From: Thermodesulfobacteriota bacterium
Lineage (GTDB): Bacteria > Desulfobacterota > Anaeroferrophillalia > Anaeroferrophillales > Tharpellaceae
Assembly: GCA_024763535.1 (NCBI GenBank)
Contig: JANTFH010000005.1
Span: 4,612 to 68,611 of the forward strand
Reading direction: 5' to 3'
DNA: 64,000 nt
Shown: positions 40,348 through 50,498 of the stretch, piece by piece
Numbering within the stretch: the first letter of the stretch is position 1
How the letters are laid out: each line of letters opens with the position of its first letter
Translations under genes and position numbers: made by a program
The notes under the pieces: model-generated
The model's input: only the letters and a program-made list of their open reading frames with translations
The model's database searches: none
Told to the model about the DNA's origin: nothing

Positions 40348-41267
40348 GCGGTTTTCTCCGGAGGCTTTATCTTCCGCCAGCGGTTATGCGGCCAGAACCA
40401 CTGGGAGGGGTTGCTTAAGATCTGTTCTTCTATGATGTGGTTCAGGTGTGCGGTATATTCTGCCACCACTTCACGGTTGTCGCCGGTTTTCGGGACAAAT
40501 ATCGGTTTTTTTATCGTAAAACGGTGATGCAGTGGTCGGATTCTGTTGACAAAAACCGGAATTATCGGACAGCCGCTCAGTCGCGCCAGAACTGCCGGTG
40601 AGGGGATGGTGGCAACCTGATGCCCGAAAAACGGGGCCCAGATACGGTAATCCCGCCTTACCCGCTGATCGATCAGCAACGCAACAATCCCGCCTTTTCT
40701 CAATCTGCGGGCCAGGGCTCCGGCGCTCCCTTTTTTATCCAGTATCGTAAATCCCATATCTTCCCGGGTTTTTTTGATGGCGGCATAGAGTCGCGGTTTC
40801 TTTTTCAGGGGTTTCGCCACGCCGGCAATCGGTTTATTGATTACTTCTGAGAAGAGACCCGACAACTCCCAGTTGCCTAAGTGGGCGGAGACCAGAACAG
40901 CCCCGGAGTTGTCTGTTTTAAGAGAATGCAGGTGCTCAAGTCCGGTTACCTCAAGATTTTGCAGCAGAAGCCGGCGATAGCCGGGGCTCCTGAGCAGGAA
41001 GAGTTCACACAGGTTATATCCCAGCTGCTGCGTGATTTTTGCTTGAAGATCTAACGATTCCCGGCTGCCGGGTTTGAGGTTAAGCGCAATTTCCAGATTT
41101 TTTTCGATTACCCGTCGATGCCGCCGATCAAAAATCAGCCAGAGACGTACCAGTTGATGACCCAGTTTGTGGGCCTCCGTCAGAGGCAGCAGGTTGAACA
41201 GGATGCCGGCGCAGTTGAAAGCACCTAAACTCATTCGGTCACTTAAATCAGCTAAAAAATTTTGCAA
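40344..41267 (-). CDS. Lipid A acyltransferase (LpxL/HtrB family)
   Basis: SAHLGNWE, LLIDQ, PFFGH, PSQWFWPHNRWR. Confidence 0.9.
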   Translation of the reverse strand: MQNFLADLSDRMSLGAFNCAGILFNLLPLTEAHKLGHQLVRLWLIFDRRHRRVIEKNLEIALNLKPGSRESLDLQAKITQQLGYNLCELFLLRSPGYRRLLLQNLEVTGLEHLHSLKTDNSGAVLVSAHLGNWELSGLFSEVINKPIAGVAKPLKKKPRLYAAIKKTREDMGFTILDKKGSAGALARRLRKGGIVALLIDQRVRRDYRIWAPFFGHQVATIPSPAVLARLSGCPIIPVFVNRIRPLHHRFTIKKPIFVPKTGDNREVVAEYTAHLNHIIEEQILSNPSQWFWPHNRWRKIKPPEKTA

Positions 41268-41268
41268 C

Positions 41269-41877
41269 TTAAAATCTCTCCTTCCTGATATTGAGAACCC
41301 AGTCTATCGCCTCATTTAGATCACGGCAGATCATTTCCGGGTTGATTCCGGAAGTCTCGATTAGTTTTGATTCTTGATCCCCGTAGCCGGTCTTGACCAG
41401 AATTCCCCGGGCCTTGACCTTATGCGCCAGAGCCACATCAATTAATTTATCCCCGATCACGAAAGATTTTTCAAGTTTGAGATGGTAGCGGGATGATGCC
41501 TGAAAAAGCAGGCCCGGAGCCGGTTTGCGGCAGTTGCAGGTTTTCCTGTAGGGGGCCCGGCCGACATCAGGATGGTGCGGGCAGTAAAAAAAATCGTCGA
41601 TGTGAGCCCCTTTTTGGGCCAGTAACCGGTTCAAGAGCAGATGCGACCTATTGACAAATTCTTCGGAGATCTTGCCGCGGGCGACACCGGACTGGTTGGT
41701 TATCAGGATAACCGGTATCTGCCGCCGGTTGAGTTTCAGTATCGCTTCCGCGGCTCCGGGCAGGATCTCTATCTCCTCTAGCCGGCTCAAATAGTCAACC
41801 TCTCGGATAATTGTACCGTCCCGATCCAGGAAGACAGCTCCATTATCGGTAGCGGTCTGGGGTGTGGTTTCAGACAT
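41269..41877 (-). CDS. gmhB: D-glycero-D-manno-heptose 1,7-bisphosphate phosphatase
   Basis: AVFLDRDGTI, ITNQSGVARG, YCPHHP..CNCRKPAPG, IGDKLIDV. Confidence 0.92.
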   Translation of the reverse strand: MSETTPQTATDNGAVFLDRDGTIIREVDYLSRLEEIEILPGAAEAILKLNRRQIPVILITNQSGVARGKISEEFVNRSHLLLNRLLAQKGAHIDDFFYCPHHPDVGRAPYRKTCNCRKPAPGLLFQASSRYHLKLEKSFVIGDKLIDVALAHKVKARGILVKTGYGDQESKLIETSGINPEMICRDLNEAIDWVLNIRKERF

Positions 41878-41908
41878 AGGTTTCAAGCACAGCTTTTATT
41901 GGTCAGGG

Positions 41909-42985
41909 TTATTTCCTGCGGATAACATCCGTGTCGCGTATCAACTTGAGAAAACGATTCTTATCTTCAAGTTTAAGTTCAACTTCGGCAATCCAGATTT
42001 TCCGCCGTAATTTATCATCTTTTTTAATGACGGACTTAAGTTTGTCCGCGTCTTTAGCTGTGGTAAGCAGGTGAGAATCCCGGCAGAGGTCTTTGATTTC
42101 ACTAATATCGCGGTCGCTGTAGACATGGTGATCCCTGAATGAGAGGGAATTTTTGAGCTTAAATCCCGTGGCCTTGAGCTGTTTGAGAAAATAGTCATTA
42201 TTGGCCAGTCCCGAAACTGCAGAGAAGGGGTTCAGCTTATGCATTTCGGCTGGAGACAGACTCTGTTCACCGGAAAGTGCCGTGAATCTTCGGTAGTGAT
42301 AAACAGATATGAAGACTCTTTGCGGGCTGATGTAGTTGAGAACCCCGGCTGCCAGTGCGTAAAATTCCGGGTGACACTGATCGAATTTATTAAAGATGAC
42401 CGCATCCGCCCGGCAGAGTCCATTCAACGGCTCCCGCAAGGGGCCGGCCGGTAACAGCCATTGGTTGCCGAAAACCTGCTGACTGTCGATCATTACGATA
42501 TTGAAATCCCGCCGCAGACGCCGGTGCTGGAAACCGTCATCGAGAACAATTATATCGGCCAGGTTCCTCCGGCTGATGGCTTCAGCCCCGCGCACCCGGT
42601 TTTTATCCAGAACCAGGGCAATATCCGGCAACTGTCTATGGAGCATTAAAGCCTCATCTCCGATTTTATCCGGTCTCAATTCGTGGAGATCGGAATTGGC
42701 CGTAATAATTACCTGACTATTTTTGTCTGTTCGTCCATAACCGCGCGAAAGAACTGCGACCCTGAGTCCCAGGCTTTGAAAATAGCCGGCCAGAAAAGCA
42801 ACCATCGGGGTCTTCCCGGTGCCGCCGGAGGTAAGATTCCCGACACAGATTGTCGGACGATCAATCTCGTGACTCAAGCCCGGAACCAGATCATACACCA
42901 GGTTGCGGATGCTCATAATTAGCGTGTATAGCAGGGATGGGATTTTTAAGAGGGATAAAGCAGTGGTTTTCAGCAGGTCGGGCAT
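41909..42985 (-). CDS. lpxK: Tetraacyldisaccharide 4'-kinase
   Basis: VGNLTSGGTGKTP, LSRGYG, GDEA, LDDGFQH, LLPAGPLREP, FRDHH. Confidence 0.95.
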   Translation of the reverse strand: MPDLLKTTALSLLKIPSLLYTLIMSIRNLVYDLVPGLSHEIDRPTICVGNLTSGGTGKTPMVAFLAGYFQSLGLRVAVLSRGYGRTDKNSQVIITANSDLHELRPDKIGDEALMLHRQLPDIALVLDKNRVRGAEAISRRNLADIIVLDDGFQHRRLRRDFNIVMIDSQQVFGNQWLLPAGPLREPLNGLCRADAVIFNKFDQCHPEFYALAAGVLNYISPQRVFISVYHYRRFTALSGEQSLSPAEMHKLNPFSAVSGLANNDYFLKQLKATGFKLKNSLSFRDHHVYSDRDISEIKDLCRDSHLLTTAKDADKLKSVIKKDDKLRRKIWIAEVELKLEDKNRFLKLIRDTDVIRRK

Positions 42986-42997
42986 TAACGAGTTCCC

Positions 42998-44116
42998 TTA
43001 TCCTGTTTGTTTGAGGTAGCCTTCAACACAGATGTCATTATCGAATCTGCGGATTGTTACATCGGTGATTTTGGCTGCCATATCAATAGTGTTGGCCCCT
43101 TTTCCGCTGATCATCCCGAGACTGCCGCGGCCGCCGACCAGGATCGGAGCGTAGAAGAAACATACCTTGTCGATAATACGGTTGTCAAGAGCGGAGCCGT
43201 TGATCTCCGAGCCCCCCTCGATCAGGACTGAAACAATCCCTCTTTGTGCCAGAACTCTCATCAGCTCTTTCAGATCAAGCTGACCCAGATTATTGCTGGG
43301 CAGAATCAGGATATCACGAACCAGTTCTCGGTAGGGAGCAAGTTTTTCCGGCTCGTGCTGTTTGGTTGCCAGGAGCACCTTGGCATTGCCGTCGGGGCCG
43401 AAAATTTTAAAGTCCAGAGGGGTGCGGAGCATTGAATCAACAATGATTCGATACGGATTACGCGGGGTTTCGCCGGGCAGCCGGGCCGTCAGGCGGGGGT
43501 TGTCTTTGAGCAGGGTGCCGATGCCGATCAGAATGGCGTCATGGGAGGCCCTGAGCTGGTGGACATAGTGGCGTGATTTTTCATTGGTGATCCATTGTGA
43601 ATGGCCGCTGTAGGTGGCAATCCGCCCATCCAGACTGGCGGCGGCTTTAAGGGTGACAAAGGGGCGTTTCGTCGTGATGAACTTATTCCAGAATTCATTC
43701 ATTTTCCGGCATTTTTCTTCCAGAAGCCCGATCTCAACCTTAATCCCGGAGGCCTGTAGAAATGCGGCTCCTGAGCCGGCTACTTCAGGATTGGGATCTT
43801 TCGTTCCAATAACTACCCGGCGGATACCGGCTTCGATTATGGCGGCGGTACAGGGCGGCGTCCGACCCTGATGGTTGCAGGGCTCCAGAGTAACATAGAG
43901 ATCAGCTCCCCGGGCCCGGTCTCCGGCCTCACGCAGGGCGAAAATCTCAGCATGCGGCTCTCCGGCCCGTGGGTGAAAGCCGGAGCCGACAATTTTACCT
44001 TCGCTCACGATTACACAGCCGACCAGTGGATTGGGCGAGGTCAGCCCTGCGGCTTTATGGGCGAGTTTTAAGGCCTTCTGCATGAAGGCATGATCACTGT
44101 CGGTGAAAGCCGGCAT
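42998..44116 (-). CDS. ribD: Bifunctional riboflavin deaminase/reductase
   Basis: PNPLVGCVIV, PHAE, TLEPCNHQGRTPPC, SLDGRIA, LIEGG. Confidence 0.96.
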   Translation of the reverse strand: MPAFTDSDHAFMQKALKLAHKAAGLTSPNPLVGCVIVSEGKIVGSGFHPRAGEPHAEIFALREAGDRARGADLYVTLEPCNHQGRTPPCTAAIIEAGIRRVVIGTKDPNPEVAGSGAAFLQASGIKVEIGLLEEKCRKMNEFWNKFITTKRPFVTLKAAASLDGRIATYSGHSQWITNEKSRHYVHQLRASHDAILIGIGTLLKDNPRLTARLPGETPRNPYRIIVDSMLRTPLDFKIFGPDGNAKVLLATKQHEPEKLAPYRELVRDILILPSNNLGQLDLKELMRVLAQRGIVSVLIEGGSEINGSALDNRIIDKVCFFYAPILVGGRGSLGMISGKGANTIDMAAKITDVTIRRFDNDICVEGYLKQTG

Positions 44117-44128
44117 GATACTGTTTAC

Positions 44129-44593
44129 CTATTTACTCGAATTTTGTTTGAGCAGGCCCTGTAACTCCTGCATGAATTCGCTGATATCCTTGAATTGCCG
44201 GTAAACCGAGGCAAAACGGATATAGGCCACTTCGTCCAGATTTTTCAGGGCCGCCATTACATGTTCGCCGATGAGCGCCACCGGAACCTCCTTTTCACCG
44301 GTCTCAAGCAGCACCTGCTCAAGCTCATTGAGGAGTTCTTCGATCTGTTCTTGACTGACAGCCCTTTTCTCGCAGGCCTTGAGGATCCCTTTTTCAACCT
44401 TATGGCGATCATAAGCGGCCCGGCTGGCGTCACGTTTGATGACCATCGGCAGGTTTATTTCAACCCGTTCAATCGTGCTGAAACGTTTGTTGCAGGAGAG
44501 GCATTCACGGCGCCGGCGGATAATGCTTGAATCTTTGGCAGTGCGTGAATCGATTACTTTATCTTCAGTGAAATTACAGAAGGGGCATCTCAT
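44129..44593 (-). CDS. nrdR: Transcriptional repressor NrdR
   Basis: MRCPFC..KVIDSR..IRRRRECLSC..VAYIRFASVYRQF. Confidence 0.97.
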   Translation of the reverse strand: MRCPFCNFTEDKVIDSRTAKDSSIIRRRRECLSCNKRFSTIERVEINLPMVIKRDASRAAYDRHKVEKGILKACEKRAVSQEQIEELLNELEQVLLETGEKEVPVALIGEHVMAALKNLDEVAYIRFASVYRQFKDISEFMQELQGLLKQNSSK

Positions 44594-44594
44594 C

Positions 44595-45068
44595 TCAGGG
44601 ATTTTCCTGGTTGTTCATAATAACCACCTTGAGACCGGCTTCATTCAACATCTCGGCTGCCAGATCGTCCGGGTAGGTGCCGCCGATTATAATCTTCTTC
44701 AGACCGGCGTTGATAATCATTTTCGCACAGATGATACAGGGTTGATTGGTGCAGTAGATATCGCCAGATTCAATTGAGATACCGTGGTAGGAGGCCTGGA
44801 CTATGGCATTTTGCTCGGCATGCATGCCGCGGCAGAGTTCATGGCGCTGACCCGAGGGGATGCCTAATTCGTCCCGCAGGCAGCCCCTTTCGAGACAGTG
44901 CCGGATGCCGGTCGGAGTTCCGTTATAGCCGGTAGTCAGGATACGGTTGTCTTTGACGATTAAAGCCCCGACTTTACGCCGGAGACAAGTTGAACGAGTG
45001 GCGACAAGTTCGGCAATTTCCATGAAATAGGTCTGCCAGTCGGGCCGTTTTGCGGTCAGCGTATTCAT
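44595..45068 (-). CDS. dCMP deaminase family protein (ComEB-like)
   Basis: [38 protein letters not shown]. Confidence 0.92.
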   Translation of the reverse strand: MNTLTAKRPDWQTYFMEIAELVATRSTCLRRKVGALIVKDNRILTTGYNGTPTGIRHCLERGCLRDELGIPSGQRHELCRGMHAEQNAIVQASYHGISIESGDIYCTNQPCIICAKMIINAGLKKIIIGGTYPDDLAAEMLNEAGLKVVIMNNQENP

Positions 45069-45116
45069 TCTCGTATCCTTGTTCGTTTGTTGATATCCCG
45101 GCGGAGAGTAAAAGGC

Positions 45117-46829
45117 TTAAAGTCGGTAGCTGTAGACCGGAAACCGGGAGCAGAGATCACGGACGGTTGCCCGAGTTTCTGTAATTACCGAGTTGTCTTC
45201 CGGGTGCTTTAAGACACTGGAAATACAATCGGCGACGATCTCCATCTCCGCCTCCCGCATGCCCCGGGTTGAGGCGATCGGGGTGCCGATGCGAATGCCG
45301 CTGGGGTCGGTCGGGGTTCGGGGGTCAAAAGGGATGCCGTTTTTATTGATTGTAATGCCGGCTCGATCCAGGGCGGCTTCGGCACTCTGGCCCTTGACCG
45401 GAAGATCACTCAAATCTATCAGAAATAGATGATTGTCCGTACCCCCGGAGACGATGCGAAAACCTTTTTTCTGCAGGCATGAGGCCAGAAATGCGGCATT
45501 GGTCACGGTCTGTTTCTGGGTGGCGATGAATTCCGGAGTCGTAGCCTCCTTAAAAGCTACCGCTTTACCGGCAATCGTGTGCATCAGGGGGCCGCCCTGG
45601 AGACCGGGAAAGATAGCTTTGTCAATGCGGGCGGCGTATTGCTTGCGGCATAAAATCATGCCCCCACGGGGCCCGCGCATGGTTTTATGAGTGGTCGTAG
45701 TAACAAAATCCGCATAGGGCACCGGGGAGGGGTGGGCTCCGGCCACCACCAGCCCGGCGATGTGGGCAATGTCTACCATGACCATGGCTCCGATTTTGTC
45801 GGCAATGGCCCGGAAGCGGGGAAAGTCCAGAGTTCTGGAGTAGGAGCTGGCCCCGGCGACGATCAGTTTCGGTTTTTCCCGCAGAGCAATTTCTTCAATT
45901 ACATCATAATCTAAGGTTTCACTCTTTTGGTCAACTCCATAGTAGCATGACTGATAATGTGTTCCGGAAAAACTTACGAAGGCGCCATGGGTCAGGTGGC
46001 CGCCGTGAGCCAGATTCATTCCCAGGATTTTATCTCCCGGATTAAGAACGCTGAAATAGACGGCCATATTGGCACTTGAACCGGAGAGCGGCTGGACGTT
46101 GGCATGTTCAGCCCCGAAAAGAGCACAGGCACGATCTATCGCCAGCTGCTCCACCTGATCAACAAACTGGCAGCCGCCGTAGTAGCGTTTCCCCGGATAA
46201 CCTTCAGCGTATTTATTGGTCAGCGCGCTGCCCTGAGCTTCGAGTACTGCCTGACTGACACAGTTTTCGGAAGCAATCATAATCAGCTTGCTCTCTTCCC
46301 GTTCAGTCTCCTGCCGGATGAGCCGGCTGATTTCAGGGTCAACCCGGTCAATCGGGGCGCTGACGTCCCTGGTGGAGTTGAGATTGCGGTTTTCGATCTT
46401 CTCCAGCCGGCGTTGATGGCGGCCGTTCTCGTATTCAGAATCGAGCCAGATCTGCACCAGTTCCAAGGCCTCGGCCGGTTCCAGCACACGTCCGCCGAGA
46501 ACGATAATGTTGGCGTTATTGTGCTCTTTCGCCATTCGCGCCGTAAATTGGTCGTGGACCAGAGCCGCCCGGATATTCCGGTGGCGGTTCGCGGTAATCG
46601 ACATGCCGATACCGGTGCCGCAGATCAAGATTCCTGAAGCCTCAGGGAGGCCTGCAACCTGGCCGGCCAGCAGATGAGCAAAATCAGGATAATCGACCGA
46701 GTCTTCGGAGTTGGTACCCAGATCTTTAAGCTGGATTCTTCCCTTGAGATTCTCTTTGATGTATTCTTTGAGTGCGAAACCACCATGGTCGCTGGCGATA
46801 AACAGGGTTTTGGGGTTGTTGTCAGGCAT
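45117..46829 (-). CDS. glyA: Fused ribose-5-phosphate isomerase B and serine hydroxymethyltransferase
   Basis: N-terminal [32 protein letters not shown] (RpiB) is continuous with [33 protein letters not shown] (GlyA). Confidence 0.95.
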   Translation of the reverse strand: MPDNNPKTLFIASDHGGFALKEYIKENLKGRIQLKDLGTNSEDSVDYPDFAHLLAGQVAGLPEASGILICGTGIGMSITANRHRNIRAALVHDQFTARMAKEHNNANIIVLGGRVLEPAEALELVQIWLDSEYENGRHQRRLEKIENRNLNSTRDVSAPIDRVDPEISRLIRQETEREESKLIMIASENCVSQAVLEAQGSALTNKYAEGYPGKRYYGGCQFVDQVEQLAIDRACALFGAEHANVQPLSGSSANMAVYFSVLNPGDKILGMNLAHGGHLTHGAFVSFSGTHYQSCYYGVDQKSETLDYDVIEEIALREKPKLIVAGASSYSRTLDFPRFRAIADKIGAMVMVDIAHIAGLVVAGAHPSPVPYADFVTTTTHKTMRGPRGGMILCRKQYAARIDKAIFPGLQGGPLMHTIAGKAVAFKEATTPEFIATQKQTVTNAAFLASCLQKKGFRIVSGGTDNHLFLIDLSDLPVKGQSAEAALDRAGITINKNGIPFDPRTPTDPSGIRIGTPIASTRGMREAEMEIVADCISSVLKHPEDNSVITETRATVRDLCSRFPVYSYRL

Positions 46830-46896
46830 CAGGTTTCTCTTGTCGTCAGGTGATTTTAGATGATAGTAAAGTTTATCACTGTGAGCGTTTTAAGGG

Positions 46897-48132
46897 TTAA
46901 TAGGCGGAGAAGGCCAAAGTCGCATTGGTGCCGCCGAAACCAAATGAGTTGCTGATCGCTTTTTTGACCGGAGCTTTCACCGCTTTATGGGGGACATAAT
47001 TCAGGTCGCATTCGGGGTCGGGATTGTCTAGGTTGATGGTCGGGGGGACGATGCCGTCCCGGATAGCAAGAATTGAGTAAATTGCTTCAACCGCTCCGGT
47101 ACCGCCCAACATATGGCCGGTCATCGATTTACTGGAGCTGATGAGTAGTCTGTCGGCAGATTCCCCGAAAGCCTTTTTGATTGCCTGGGTTTCGTAAAGG
47201 TCGTTGAAGTAGGTTGAGGTGCCGTGCGCATTAATGTAGTCAACCTCTTCCGGCCTGAATCCGGCATCGTTTAAAGCCAGTTCCATTGAGGCCGCCGCCC
47301 CGACACCGGCGGGAGCTGGAGAGGCGATGTGAAAGGCGTCACAGGAAGAGCCGTAACCGGCCACTTCAGCGATAATCGGGGCACCCCGTTTCAGGGCAAA
47401 TTCGAGCTCTTCAAGAATGAGCACGCCCGCACCCTCGCCCGGGACAAAGCCATCTCGATCCCGGTCAAATGGACGGCTGGCTTTAGTGGGTTCGTCATTG
47501 TTGGTTGAAAGGGCTTTCATGGCGTTGAAACCGGCAACTCCCAGAGGAGTTATCGCCGCTTCCGTACCACCGCATATCATCACATCACTGTCATTGCGCT
47601 GAATTATCTTCATGCCTTCCCCGATCGAATGAGTTCCGGTAGCGCAGGCGGTTACGGTTGCGATGTTGGGGCCTTTAGCCTGATGGCGAATTGCAATATT
47701 GCCGGCGGCGAGATTGCCGATTATCATCGGGATAAAGAAAGGTGATACACGCCGGGGACCCTTCTCAAGCATAATCTTGTGGTACTGTTCAATACAAGGG
47801 AGGCCTCCCAGGCCGGCCCCGACCGAGACTCCGAGACGGGGGCTCAAATCGGGTGTCACTTCAAGCTTCGCCATGGCCATCGCCATATCGGCGGAGGCAA
47901 AAGCAAACTGGATAAATGAGTCCATCTTTTTGGTCTCTTTGGCATCCATGAAATCGGTTGCCTCAAAATCAGTTACCTGGCCGGCAATCTTGGTGGCAAA
48001 TTTCTCCGTATCGAATAGAGTTATCGGGCCAATTCCCGACTCTCCCGCCAGCAGGCGCTGCCAGTTCTTTTCTACCCCGGTTCCCAGGGGGGTGACCATG
48101 CCGACTCCGGTTACGACGACTCTACGTTTCAC
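46897..48132 (-). CDS. fabF: 3-oxoacyl-ACP synthase II
   Basis: RRVVVTG, TACATG, YINAHGTST, KSMTGHMLG, NSFGFGGTN. Confidence 0.97.
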   Translation of the reverse strand: MKRRVVVTGVGMVTPLGTGVEKNWQRLLAGESGIGPITLFDTEKFATKIAGQVTDFEATDFMDAKETKKMDSFIQFAFASADMAMAMAKLEVTPDLSPRLGVSVGAGLGGLPCIEQYHKIMLEKGPRRVSPFFIPMIIGNLAAGNIAIRHQAKGPNIATVTACATGTHSIGEGMKIIQRNDSDVMICGGTEAAITPLGVAGFNAMKALSTNNDEPTKASRPFDRDRDGFVPGEGAGVLILEELEFALKRGAPIIAEVAGYGSSCDAFHIASPAPAGVGAAASMELALNDAGFRPEEVDYINAHGTSTYFNDLYETQAIKKAFGESADRLLISSSKSMTGHMLGGTGAVEAIYSILAIRDGIVPPTINLDNPDPECDLNYVPHKAVKAPVKKAISNSFGFGGTNATLAFSAY

Positions 48133-48247
48133 GTGTACACCTCTCCATTACATACTCATTTGCGATTGTTTTGTCTGCCAGAAGGGCGTCTGTTTATATA
48201 GATTTGAAAACTATGGCTTTCTATCGATAATAGCAGCAATTGTAAAG

Positions 48248-48281
48248 AAAAAAAACGCCTCTTTCCCGAAGGCAGAGGCGT
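48248..48281 (-). terminator. Terminator or attenuating hairpin after acpP
   Basis: Minus strand ACGCCTCT..TTCG..AGAGGCGT followed by a U-tract. Confidence 0.7.
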
Positions 48282-48342
48282 CTTTTATTCTTGACTGTAA
48301 TTGTTTGGGCTGGATTTTGAAGGCTAAACCTCCGGGAAAGCT

Positions 48343-48579
48343 TTATTCTGTGTGTTGTTTAACGAAATCAATCGCTTTCTGTACGGTGGTGATCTTCTCG
48401 GCTTCCTCATCGGAAATCTCAATGCCGTACTCCTCTTCAAAGGCCATGACCAGTTCAACCGTATCCAGAGAGTCAGCTCCCAGGTCATCGATAAAAGATG
48501 CTTCGTTGTTGATCTCACCGGCATCGTTAAGACCCAATTTTTCTGCAATAATTTCTTTGATTTTTACTTCGATCGACAT
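48343..48579 (-). CDS. acpP: Acyl carrier protein
   Basis: [21 protein letters not shown]. Confidence 0.98.
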   Translation of the reverse strand: MSIEVKIKEIIAEKLGLNDAGEINNEASFIDDLGADSLDTVELVMAFEEEYGIEISDEEAEKITTVQKAIDFVKQHTE

Positions 48580-48659
48580 TCTGTTCTCCTTGACTTAAGT
48601 CTGAAATTTTAATCGGCAGTTACGGGATAACCGATCTCTCTGCCTGGTGTTAATTGTTA

Positions 48660-49427
48660 TTACGCTATTAACATGCCCCCATCAACCTGCAGTACCTGAC
48701 CGGTGATATAGTCGGCCATAGGCGAGAGCAGAAAGAGGACGGCATTACTTACATCGTTAACCGTGCCCAGACGGTTTACCGGAATGAGCTCTTTGATTTT
48801 GTCCTGGGCTTTTTCATCCATAGCCTCGGTCATCTCCGTCTGGATATAGCCCGGGGCAATCATATTGCTGGTGATGTTTCTTGAGGCCACTTCCCGGGCC
48901 AGGCTGCGGCCGAAACCGATAATTCCAGCTTTGGCGGCAGCGTAGTTGGCCTGGCCGCTGTTACCCATCAGTCCGATAACCGATGAGAGCGAGACGATGC
49001 GACCGTAGCGTTTTTTGATCATGCCGCGAATAACGGCTTTGCTGCAGTTGAAACAACCTTTCAGATTCACCGCCATAACCTCATCCCAGTCACTCTCTTT
49101 CAGACGCATCAGGAGGTTGTCACGGGTGATACCGGCATTATTAATTAGGAAATCGATCTGGCCGGCCGCTGCCAGAATATCATTCACCATCGCGCCGCAG
49201 GCATTAAAATCCGCGACATCAACCTGATAAAATGAGGTTTTGGCAGAGTTTTGAGGAAGTTCCGCGTTAATCTCTTCAGCAACTTTATTGCCTAAATTCT
49301 GATTAGTGCCGCAGAAAAAAACCCGGGTTCCATGACGGGCCAGAGTCTCAGTCAGTTTCCTGCCGATACCACGGGTGCCGCCGGTGACCAGAGCAACCTT
49401 GCCGGTAAAATCAAAAGGGTCAGTCAT
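48660..49427 (-). CDS. fabG: 3-oxoacyl-ACP reductase
   Basis: TGGTRGIG, NNAGITRD, GQANYAAAKAG. Confidence 0.96.
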   Translation of the reverse strand: MTDPFDFTGKVALVTGGTRGIGRKLTETLARHGTRVFFCGTNQNLGNKVAEEINAELPQNSAKTSFYQVDVADFNACGAMVNDILAAAGQIDFLINNAGITRDNLLMRLKESDWDEVMAVNLKGCFNCSKAVIRGMIKKRYGRIVSLSSVIGLMGNSGQANYAAAKAGIIGFGRSLAREVASRNITSNMIAPGYIQTEMTEAMDEKAQDKIKELIPVNRLGTVNDVSNAVLFLLSPMADYITGQVLQVDGGMLIA

Positions 49428-50383
49428 TATGTATAACTCTCGGCTATCTTTTCAAGATCACCGGGGGTGGCGATATTAAAGGTTTTAATCCGGCGGTTAA
49501 TCCGCCGCATGAGTCCGGCCAGAACCCGTCCCGGGCCGATTTCAATAACCTGGGTAACACCCTGGTCAATGGCCAGAAGCATCGACTCTTCCCAGCGAAC
49601 CGCACTGCTGACTTGTCGGGTCAGCAGCTGGCGGACATTGGCCGCGCAGTAATTGGTTTCGGCGTCAACGTTGGAGATAACCGGTATTTGCGGTTCCCTG
49701 ACCTCGACTTCACTGAAATGATCCGCAAGTTTCTCAGCTGCGGGCTGCATCAGGGAGCAGTGGAACGGCGCGCTTACCGGCAGTTTTACGACCCGGCTGG
49801 CTCCCGCTTCCTGAGCTTTTTCGGCCGCGTCCATAATTGCCGGGGTATGTCCGGAGATAACGATCTGGCCGGGGCAGTTGTAATTGGCCGGTTCCACAAT
49901 CTTCTCTCCGTCATGATCGGAAGATTCAGTGCAGATATCCCTGATTTCAGGTGGCGTCATGCCCATGACCGCGGCCATAGTTCCCAATCCTGCCGGAACG
50001 GCGGTCTGCATAAATATTCCCCGGGCTCTGACGACCCGGACGGCGTCAAAAAACGAGACCGTCTCCGCGGCCACCAGGGCTGAATATTCGCCCAGGCTGT
50101 GGCCGGCGGTGAGAACCGGATCTATGTCGAATCGGGCCCGTAAAACCCGATAGGCGGCAATACTGGCCGTGAGAATAGCCGGTTGCGTGTTAGCCGTCTG
50201 GTTGAGTTCTTCCGGCGGGCTGTTAAAACATATCTCGGTTATATCCTCGCCCAGAGATTCACTGGCCTCGGCAAAGGTTTCACGGGCTTCGGAAAAATTA
50301 TCGTAAAGCTCCTTACCCATGCCTATATGCTGCGATCCCTGTCCGGGAAAGATGAATGCAGTTTTCCTGTCGTTGCTGTCCAA
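49427..50383 (-). CDS. fabD: Malonyl-CoA:ACP transacylase
   Basis: FPGQGSQ, TQPAI, AGHSLGEYSA, LPVSAPFHC. Confidence 0.96.
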   Translation of the reverse strand: MDSNDRKTAFIFPGQGSQHIGMGKELYDNFSEARETFAEASESLGEDITEICFNSPPEELNQTANTQPAILTASIAAYRVLRARFDIDPVLTAGHSLGEYSALVAAETVSFFDAVRVVRARGIFMQTAVPAGLGTMAAVMGMTPPEIRDICTESSDHDGEKIVEPANYNCPGQIVISGHTPAIMDAAEKAQEAGASRVVKLPVSAPFHCSLMQPAAEKLADHFSEVEVREPQIPVISNVDAETNYCAANVRQLLTRQVSSAVRWEESMLLAIDQGVTQVIEIGPGRVLAGLMRRINRRIKTFNIATPGDLEKIAESYT

Positions 50384-50458
50384 TTTGGTCTCCCTTTATC
50401 AGATTAGCAAGGCTTCTTATGTCTGCCTGGAGCCTGACATTTTATGCAAACAAACTAC

Positions 50459-50488
50459 ATTATAAAGGTTTTGTGGGGTAAATGTCAA
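50459..50488 (-). promoter_or_regulatory. Consensus sigma70 internal promoter for fabD
   Basis: Minus strand TTGACA (50488-50483), 18 nt spacer, TATAAT (50464-50459). Confidence 0.7.
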
Positions 50489-50498
50489 TAAAAACCGA

